Source of the DNA: a bacterium
Lineage (GTDB): Bacteria; Verrucomicrobiota; Verrucomicrobiia; Verrucomicrobiales; V1-33
DNA: 64,000 bases
Assembly: GCA_031411255.1 (NCBI GenBank)
Contig: JANOAS010000011.1
Coordinates: 36,376-100,375 of the forward strand
Direction: 5' to 3'
The position numbers and the translations under genes were made by a program. Shown piece by piece: positions 20,382-27,305 of the stretch. The notes under the pieces are model-generated. The model saw nothing but the letters and a program-made list of their open reading frames with translations. It searched no databases and was not told the origin of the DNA. Positions within the stretch are counted from its first letter, which is position 1. Every line of letters begins with the position of its first letter.

Positions 20382-22730
20382 TTATTCGGCGGCTGGATCG
20401 GGACCCGTTCGTATTTCACACTTACAAGAAAGCTTCATGGCGACTGCTTTTGAAACCCGGTCGAGAAGGCCTGTCATTCTATGCTTGGCCCCAGGCCACA
20501 CAAAGATTAAGATCCGGTTCCTCGTGGCCGCTAGTCGCTCTGCCGATGTGGCCTCATCGCACAAATTGAGAAAATGAACTTCGAATGCTTTAGCGCCCTT
20601 GGAGGCGAAGAGCACAGTAAATCGATCTTCGTGCGGAATTTGAAGGGCTTCCGAAATTTCGGCATCTGGCAGTTTTACGGCTGAGTCGTACACTACCTCC
20701 CCTAAGTAATCGTACAATCGTCTGTACTTAACCAAGTATGCCATCTCGCGGACGAGCGGATTGCCGAATTTCTCTAGTTCTGCGAACAATTCGACATCGG
20801 TCAATCTCAGAATCTCGTTGAACGTGTACTTTCCAGACTGGCGCAGCTCGCCAATAGCAATACTCATCATTGCTTGGGCACAAAGATTTTCAGGGCAAAA
20901 ATAGACGTTATCGTAAAGCCAGACGTAAAGCTTGGCGGCCACAGTCAATATGTCTCGTTTTTCGAGTTTGTAGGCCGCGACGTATCGCTTGCCTAGGGCA
21001 CGTATATGCATGGCACGCATTAATACGTCTTTTTCTGAGGCAAGTTTATCAGATGATTTTCGCATTTTTGCCCAACCTTGGCATTTGGTTTGCACGCAGG
21101 GTATTGTATGATAGGAGTCCCTCAGCATGTAGTCCAATCGATCTAGGTCTAAGCCATCGTTAGACAGAATGCAGCCGAGGGGGTGGGTTTTTCGAAGTAT
21201 TGCGGCAATGTTGTCACTCGCGGCAACGGCCCCTCTATATGCGAAATCAAGATCAGCGTATGCTCTGCCTTGTTCCACTGCATTTAAAAACAGCTCAATG
21301 CTGTCCCTCTCATGGTCGCCGGCCACCATTAGTTTGTCCCGAACCAGATCGATTGTATGGCCTAGTGGCCCATGGCCAATGTCGTGCAAAATACAACTAA
21401 GCACGAAGTGCAGGTGATCGCTGGCCAGTGCGGCGAGGTCATAATCAGGCGGAAGCCGATACCGTTGATCACCTCCGTTGGCGAAGGAAGAGCAAAACTG
21501 ATCAGCTAGATGCGCGACCCCCAATGTGTGGGAAAAGCGGTCGTGTGAGGCACTCTGCGCTTTTAGATTGACGAAGGAAAGCTGCTTAATATTTCTCAAA
21601 CGCTGTACTTCCCCCGAATCTATGAAATCTCGCACTTTTGGAGCGATGGATTTGGAGAAGCAAAATTCGCCGTGAATGATATCTGCAAATTTCGGCAAGC
21701 CAACCGGTAGTAGGCGCCCTTCGCACTTCGGGATGAATTCCGGACCATGCCTCAGCAAACGTTTTTCGTCTTTTGGCAGTTCAACTCCGAGTGGATTTTT
21801 GCTAGTAAGCGAGTTGACCACGGAACGCAAGAAAACATCCGCTTTTTCACCAACTGGGTGAAGTCGAATATTATCAGAACTGCACTTTTCTTTAAGGCGT
21901 TGAACTCCTTGCGGCATTCCACTTCGGTTAACCACGAAAACTTGTGTTGGATGCTTTCTGCGACTGGCCGTTTGCGCGAGAACCTCCACCAAATCGAAGT
22001 CCAAAAAAGCATAACCCAAGAAAATCCAAACGGAGCAGGATTCCATAGCTTTGGAGAGGGCTAGATATGGCTCGAAGTTTGATTTTCGTCGTTGTGAGGC
22101 TTTGAATCTTGTTTTTCTTTTGTATCCTCCGATCAATGTCCATGGCTGACTAAGGCTGCCATGGATTTTCATAACAACCTTGCTAAGGTCCGTCCCACCG
22201 TGATATTCGAAGCCCTCAGGATTGCTGGCGACATGGTAGTCCCGACCAAGCAGCTTGTTCATGCTTTCCGCGACAGCGTGAAAAGCGTGATCTAGCTTTT
22301 CGTCGAAATTTGTTGTTGCAAAACCTCCAAATTTCGAATCCGAAAAAAACCAGCGAGCCAGAAGGTAGTATGCCGCTGGGACCGGCTGCTCTGGGGGGAA
22401 CAGCTCGGCAAGGAGCGTTGAATAGTCTAAAGTTTGGTCCCTCTTTTCGATTATATGCTCCCAGACCTGGTCCGGAGATGCCGGATCACTGAACTCGGCT
22501 TCGAACTTGCCGACCAGGTCCTTGTCCAATTCTGCCGAATCTAGGGTGGACGGTTCAACGCAGTAGTACTTCCGCAGCATCGCTCGCCGTAAATCAGCGC
22601 CGAGCGGAAGTTGAAGCCGCGCGTCTACGTCGGAATCTACACCAGCGCCGGCGCCAGCAAAAACAAAGATTTTTTGTCCAGTGCCGAGAGTGGTGAATAC
22701 GTTAACCGCGTTTACTAAAGTTGAATTCAT
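20382..22730 (-). CDS. SIR2-like (DHS-like NAD-binding) domain fused to a SAMHD1/dGTPase-like HD dNTP triphosphohydrolase domain. Candidate anti-phage defence protein.
   Basis: N-terminus has SIR2_2-type motifs: FVFAGAGAGVDS (GAGxS), TTNFD (TTNYD-like, putative catalytic Asn141), KIHGS (His190) and IFLGYAFLDFD. C-terminus aligns with human SAMHD1: VQRLRNIKQLSFV...ASHDRFSHTLGV (SAMHD1 FQRLRYIKQL...ASHNRFEHSLGV), LHDIGHGPLGH (CHDLGHGPFSH), DGLDLDRLDYMLRD (NGIDVDKWDYFARD) and LTDVELFAELEKFGNPLVREMAYLVKYRRLYDYLGEV ([39 protein letters not shown]). Confidence 0.85.
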   Translation of the reverse strand: MNSTLVNAVNVFTTLGTGQKIFVFAGAGAGVDSDVDARLQLPLGADLRRAMLRKYYCVEPSTLDSAELDKDLVGKFEAEFSDPASPDQVWEHIIEKRDQTLDYSTLLAELFPPEQPVPAAYYLLARWFFSDSKFGGFATTNFDEKLDHAFHAVAESMNKLLGRDYHVASNPEGFEYHGGTDLSKVVMKIHGSLSQPWTLIGGYKRKTRFKASQRRKSNFEPYLALSKAMESCSVWIFLGYAFLDFDLVEVLAQTASRRKHPTQVFVVNRSGMPQGVQRLKEKCSSDNIRLHPVGEKADVFLRSVVNSLTSKNPLGVELPKDEKRLLRHGPEFIPKCEGRLLPVGLPKFADIIHGEFCFSKSIAPKVRDFIDSGEVQRLRNIKQLSFVNLKAQSASHDRFSHTLGVAHLADQFCSSFANGGDQRYRLPPDYDLAALASDHLHFVLSCILHDIGHGPLGHTIDLVRDKLMVAGDHERDSIELFLNAVEQGRAYADLDFAYRGAVAASDNIAAILRKTHPLGCILSNDGLDLDRLDYMLRDSYHTIPCVQTKCQGWAKMRKSSDKLASEKDVLMRAMHIRALGKRYVAAYKLEKRDILTVAAKLYVWLYDNVYFCPENLCAQAMMSIAIGELRQSGKYTFNEILRLTDVELFAELEKFGNPLVREMAYLVKYRRLYDYLGEVVYDSAVKLPDAEISEALQIPHEDRFTVLFASKGAKAFEVHFLNLCDEATSAERLAATRNRILIFVWPGAKHRMTGLLDRVSKAVAMKLSCKCEIRTGPDPAAE

Positions 22731-22964
22731 GTTGTCTTCGGGGTGCTTAGTCTATAGATGGCGCTGGCGAAAAATCAATCTCAATATGCTCAAATGAACA
22801 GGTTTTGTGCCTTTTCCGGCCTGTCTTGTGACTTATTGTGTCTGATCCTAGAACGCCTGCTTGGAGCCATGGAGGCTGTATTGCGGTGGAGCGAGGGTGC
22901 TATGTGAAAATTCGAGTTCCTTCCACGATATCTTAGGGTGACCAAAGTCTAGGCGAATGTCGAG

Positions 22965-22990
22965 ATCTGGTCACGGTCAATCTGGTCACG
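22965..22990 (+). repeat. tandem 11-nt direct repeat atctggtcacg(gtca)atctggtcacg in the putative promoter region of the SIR2-HD gene
   Basis: Exact 11-mer repeated with a 4-nt spacer, about 240 bp upstream of the gene start on the coding strand. Confidence 0.6.
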
Positions 22991-23535
22991 CTCACAGTGT
23001 AGTTATTTGTTAATTGTCAGTGGCGTGAATGCCTCAGGGGTCATTCCCAAGAGGTGTTTCACCGCGCCCACTGCTCCCGCCCATTTCGACGAGGACGCGG
23101 ACGCATTTCCAAGCTTGTTGGAAGCGGCGGGCGAGGTCGTTGGATTTCCTGAAGTGGTTGGCCAAGGCGCGGGCCGTGAGGTGGGCGGTGTCCTCATGAG
23201 CGGCCTCGGCCTGGGGGCGGCCCCAAGGGCGGGGGGGGCGGCGGGGCGCTGAGCCAGGTGAGCGATGAAATCGGGGCGTCGGCAGACCGGCTGCGCGGGG
23301 GCTGTGGTCGGGGCTCTGTACGGCGGGAGGCACGTGCGGATCATTTTGCTGTGCTTTCGGGGGCTCGAATTCATTGGAGGTAACGCTACGCCGATTATAG
23401 GCGGGTCAAGCGGCAAATGGTGGGCAGGGATCGCTGAGAGGCGGACTGGGGGCGGTTGGGGGAAGCAATGGGGCGGCTGAAAAATCGCCCGCATTCCCCG
23501 TCGCGGAGTACGGCGGGGCCTGCTAGGGGAGGGGG

Positions 23536-23863
23536 ATGGCGGAAAAGGACACTCGGTATGATGCGGTGGTGATCGGCGCGGGCCCGAACGGGCTGGCGGC
23601 GGCCATCACGCTGGCGCGGATGGGGCTCGGGGTGCTCGTCGTGGAGGCGCGGGAGACGGTGGGCGGCGGCACGCGCTCGGCGGAGTTGACGCTCCCCGGG
23701 TTTGTCCACGACGTCTGCTCGGCCATCCATCCGCTGGCCTCCTCATCGCCGTTTTTCCGGATGCTGCCGCTGGAGGGTTTCGGGCTGGAATGGATCCACC
23801 CGGAGGTGCCGCTCGCGCATCCGCTGGAGGATGGACGCGGGGCGGCGCTGCATCGCTGTGTGC
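23536..23863 (+). repeat. right 328-bp imperfect direct repeat (5' end of the intact oxidoreductase gene)
   Basis: See left repeat. Confidence 0.85.
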
Positions 23864-25008
23864 GGGAAACGGCGGCGGGGCTGGGCGCGGACGGGGCGGC
23901 GTACGAGGATCTTTTCAGCGGACTGGCGGAGAAGGCGGGTGACCTTTTCGAGGAACTCCTCGGCCCGATGCCCATGCCGCCGCAGCACCCCTTCACCCTC
24001 GCAGGATTCGGCCTGAAGGCGGTCTGGTCCGCGCGCGGACTGGCGCGGCGGCGGTTTAAAGCAGAAGAAGCGCGGGCGCTTTTCATGGGAAACGCGGCGC
24101 ACTCGTTCCTGCCGCTCACGCGTCCGCTCACCGCGGCGGTGGGCATCATGCTGCACCTGAGCGCGCACTGGGCGGGCTGGCCGGTGGCGCGGGGCGGGTC
24201 GCAGAAAATCGCCGACGCCATGGTCGCCTACCTGCGCAGCCTGGGCGGGGAAATCCAGTGCGGCCGGTCGGTCGCCTCGCTGGCCGAGCTGCCGGACGCG
24301 CGCGCCTACCTTTTCGACACGAGTCCGCAGGCGATGGCCCGCATCGCCGGGGATGAGCTGCCCGCCGGCTACCAGCGGCGACTCGGCCGCTACCGGTTCG
24401 GCCCCGCCGCTTACAAGCTGGACCTCGCGCTCTCCGGTCCCATCCCGTGGAAAAATGAAGCCTGCCGCCGCGCCGGCACCGTGCATGTGGGCGGGACGGC
24501 GGACGAGATCGTGGCGGCGGAGGCGGCCACCTGGCGGGGCGAGGCTCCGGAGCGGCCCTTCATCCTCGTCGGCCAGCAGAGCCTCTGCGATTCCACCCGC
24601 GCGCCCGCCGGCCAGCACACCGGCTGGGTCTACGCCCACGTGAACCACGCCTGCCGGGAGGACATGACGGAGCGCATCATCTCCCGCATCGAACACTTCG
24701 CCCCCGGCTTCCGGGACGTCATCCTCGCCCGCCACGTGACGACGCCGGCCGACTTCGAGGCGTACAACCCCAACTACGTGGGCGGCGACATCGTGGGTGG
24801 CGTGCAGGACCTGACGCAAATGTTCACCCGCCCCGTGGCAAGGTGGAACCCCTACACCACACCCTCCCGCCGCCTTTTTCTTTGCTCCGCCTCCACCCCG
24901 CCCGGCGCCGGCGTCCACGGCATGGCCGGCTGGCACGCCGCCCGCGCCGCGCTGGCCGGAGGGCTGGACCGCTTCACGTTTCCGAACGGGGACCCGGGGA
25001 GGGGCTGA
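23536..25008 (+). CDS. NAD(P)/FAD-dependent oxidoreductase (phytoene desaturase-related family, COG1233-like)
   Basis: 490 aa with an N-terminal Rossmann dinucleotide motif [15 protein letters not shown] and amine-oxidase/CrtI-like length. Confidence 0.85.
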   Translation: MAEKDTRYDAVVIGAGPNGLAAAITLARMGLGVLVVEARETVGGGTRSAELTLPGFVHDVCSAIHPLASSSPFFRMLPLEGFGLEWIHPEVPLAHPLEDGRGAALHRCVRETAAGLGADGAAYEDLFSGLAEKAGDLFEELLGPMPMPPQHPFTLAGFGLKAVWSARGLARRRFKAEEARALFMGNAAHSFLPLTRPLTAAVGIMLHLSAHWAGWPVARGGSQKIADAMVAYLRSLGGEIQCGRSVASLAELPDARAYLFDTSPQAMARIAGDELPAGYQRRLGRYRFGPAAYKLDLALSGPIPWKNEACRRAGTVHVGGTADEIVAAEAATWRGEAPERPFILVGQQSLCDSTRAPAGQHTGWVYAHVNHACREDMTERIISRIEHFAPGFRDVILARHVTTPADFEAYNPNYVGGDIVGGVQDLTQMFTRPVARWNPYTTPSRRLFLCSASTPPGAGVHGMAGWHAARAALAGGLDRFTFPNGDPGRG

Positions 25009-25056
25009 GACGCCTGCCCTGCATTTGACGCGGGGCCGCGAGGGCGGCGCGGCCTC

Positions 25057-25626
25057 TCACAAAAACGGCGCGATCTCCACGAGCAGCGTCCGCAGTTTTT
25101 CGAGCGTGCCGTGCGCCTCGCACCAGCGCTTGACGTACTCCATGTCCAGCCGGGCTGGAGTTTGGACCGCGAGCACATCGCGCGCGTCCTCGATGTCCTT
25201 CGCCCGGCCCCAGCGCAGTTTCTGCACGATCACGTCCTCGGCGGTGGGGAGGGAGACTTCCATTTCCAGGACAGGCACCCAAACCCGCACACGGCGGCTG
25301 AATCGCTCCACCACAAAGGGGTCATCGCCAAGCAGGAAAAACTCCACTTGGAGGGACCGGTTCCGCACAGCGCGGAGGATGTACCGCAAGCTGCCTGTGA
25401 TGGTTTCGAAAGTCACCTGAGGATCAAACTCAAGAACCGGAGCAAGCTCACTCACGACTGGGTCGAGGTCGGCGGGCGTCTGCAAGGAGAGCACGACATC
25501 GACGTCCTTCGTGCTCCGGGGAATCGCGTAGACGCCGGAGGAATAGGCGCCGACCAGCATGTAAGGCACCGCGCATTTTTCAAGCGCCCGCAGGACCCGG
25601 CATGCCATGTGGTCAACCGTCGTCAT
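25057..25626 (-). CDS. minimal nucleotidyltransferase-fold protein (AbiEii/DUF6036-like)
   Basis: About 189 aa with a GS...DVDV NTase motif (VGAYSSGVYAIPRSTKDVDVVL). Start ATG at 25626 overlaps the stop of the upstream small ORF (ATGA). The longer ORF-track N-terminus is rejected. Confidence 0.55.
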   Translation of the reverse strand: MTTVDHMACRVLRALEKCAVPYMLVGAYSSGVYAIPRSTKDVDVVLSLQTPADLDPVVSELAPVLEFDPQVTFETITGSLRYILRAVRNRSLQVEFFLLGDDPFVVERFSRRVRVWVPVLEMEVSLPTAEDVIVQKLRWGRAKDIEDARDVLAVQTPARLDMEYVKRWCEAHGTLEKLRTLLVEIAPFL

Positions 25627-25937
25627 GAGGCCGCCAGCGGCGGCAGTGGTTTGAACCGCCCCTCCTCGTGCAGACGGCGGCCCAGGTCGATGCGCCGCGC
25701 CACCTCGTTCCAGCCATCGCTGGAGCTGGCGAAATTGAACTGGTTCATCGCGCCAGCGAACATCAATTGCAGGCTCATGTTCGAGCACTCGAACGCCTCC
25801 GACAGCCGCTGCTCCGGCGTCATGGCGCGGGCACGCTCCACCTTGCCGCGATAAATCGCGTCCTGGAGGGCTTTCAGGGCAACTGGATCGTCTTCCACCG
25901 GCATGGGGCAGGATGCCACCATTCGGCCCGGGTGCAA
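25623..25937 (-). CDS. small hypothetical protein (about 93-104 aa), translationally coupled upstream partner of the NTase
   Basis: 4-nt ATGA overlap with the NTase gene. No recognisable domain. Start uncertain. Confidence 0.4.
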   Translation of the reverse strand: MHPGRMVASCPMPVEDDPVALKALQDAIYRGKVERARAMTPEQRLSEAFECSNMSLQLMFAGAMNQFNFASSSDGWNEVARRIDLGRRLHEEGRFKPLPPLAAS

Positions 25938-26020
25938 TGGCGGGGTGGGCGGCTCGATCCTGCGCCAATCCCTGGGAATTTTTCCAGGGCATTGCGGGAT
26001 TTTGCGCCAAAGTGGGCACG

Positions 26021-27289
26021 ATGAAAACCGACTCTCAAGAAATCCGGCGTGTGCGCGACCTGAGCCCGCAGCAGTGGCGCTCCGGCGTCGCGGCGTGGCT
26101 GGGCTGGATGTTCGACGGACTGGACATGCACATCTACACGCTGGTGTCCGTGCCCTTTGTCGCCTCCCTCATGCACCTGGCCACGACCGACCCGCAGGTG
26201 GGCCGCCACGGGGCCATCATCAATGCCGCGTTCCTCATCGGCTGGGCGCTGGGCGGGGCGTTTTTTGGCCGGGTGGGGGATCTGCTGGGCCGGAGCAAGA
26301 CGCTCTGCCTGACCATTCTCACCTACGCCGCGTTCACGGGGCTCTCGTTTTTTGCCACAGAGTGGTGGCACCTCATGGGCTGCCGGTTTCTCTCCGCGCT
26401 GGGCATCGGCGGGGAGTGGGCGGTGGGCGCGTCCCTGCTCTCCGAAACGTGGCCGAAGCGCTGGCGCCCGTGGATCGCGGCCACGCTCCAGTGCGCCATC
26501 AACATCGGCGTGCTCCTGGCCTGCCTCTCCGGCTGGCTGCTGGAGCGGGCGGAGCCGCGCTGGATCTTCCTCGTCGGCGTGTTGCCGGCGTTCATCGTGC
26601 TCTGGATCCGCCACGCCGTGCCGGAGACGGAGGAGTGGCACGCCGCCCGCAATGAAGCCGGGACGAAGCCGCCCGGCGTGATCGATCTTTTCCGCGGCGC
26701 TGTCTTCTCCGTCACGTGGCGCGTGCTCGCCATCTGCGGCGTCTCCCTCACCGCGCACTGGACCTTCATGTACTGGTTCCTCACCCACGTGCGGAAACAC
26801 CCGGAGGTCATCAGCCTCGATCCCGCCGGGCAAAACCACCAGGCCGTCCTGGGCATGGTCTGCCTCATGGGGGGCTCGCTGATGGGCAATTTTTTCTCCG
26901 GCTGGATGGCCAGTCTCTGGGGCTACCGCCGCACCCTGGTGGCGATGATGCTCGGCTATTTCGCCGTCATGTTCGGCACGTATTCGTTTGATCTCGGGCT
27001 CAGCGCGCTCTTCGGCATGTTCACGGTCATCGGGTTTTTCCAGGGCCTCTTCGGCCTTTTCACCATGGCCCTCCCGCCCGTCTTCCCCACGCTGCTGCGC
27101 ACCACGGGCGCCGGATTTTGCTACAATTTCGGCCGCATCGCCGCCGCCGCCGGCACGGTTTTCTTCGGCTTTTCCACGCCCATGAAATCCGCCGGCGACT
27201 ACCGTCTCGCCCTCGTCTACGCCTCCTTCCTCTTCATCCCCGCTGCCCTGCTGGCCATGATGCTGCCGCAGGAAAAAGAGGAGGCGTGA
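26021..27289 (+). CDS. MFS transporter
   Basis: About 422 aa with 12 TM helices and an MFS-like repeat pattern. The ORF-track 5' extension (25913) overlaps the divergent gene, so the start is placed at ATG 26021. Confidence 0.8.
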   Translation: MKTDSQEIRRVRDLSPQQWRSGVAAWLGWMFDGLDMHIYTLVSVPFVASLMHLATTDPQVGRHGAIINAAFLIGWALGGAFFGRVGDLLGRSKTLCLTILTYAAFTGLSFFATEWWHLMGCRFLSALGIGGEWAVGASLLSETWPKRWRPWIAATLQCAINIGVLLACLSGWLLERAEPRWIFLVGVLPAFIVLWIRHAVPETEEWHAARNEAGTKPPGVIDLFRGAVFSVTWRVLAICGVSLTAHWTFMYWFLTHVRKHPEVISLDPAGQNHQAVLGMVCLMGGSLMGNFFSGWMASLWGYRRTLVAMMLGYFAVMFGTYSFDLGLSALFGMFTVIGFFQGLFGLFTMALPPVFPTLLRTTGAGFCYNFGRIAAAAGTVFFGFSTPMKSAGDYRLALVYASFLFIPAALLAMMLPQEKEEA

Positions 27290-27305
27290 GGGCCCCGCCC
27301 CCCGC

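Larger units (their letters stand above)
20113..23535. mobile_element. roughly 3.4 kb horizontally acquired island of lower GC than the flanks, carrying a single SIR2-HD gene, with no integrase or transposase recognised
   Basis: Sharp compositional drop at 20113 (high GC outside; roughly 48% GC through about 23000, judged by eye). Bounded by 328-bp direct repeats. Interrupts or duplicates a host gene. Confidence 0.6.

Noticed and set aside
23034-23333. Possible transposase/integrase N-terminal fragment on the minus strand in the island's high-GC right arm
   Set aside because: The translation (…AHEDTAHLTARALANHFRKSNDLARRFQQAWKCVRVLVEMGG…) is protein-like, but I cannot match it confidently to any transposase or recombinase family from memory. 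Kept only as a low-interest note under the spacer finding.
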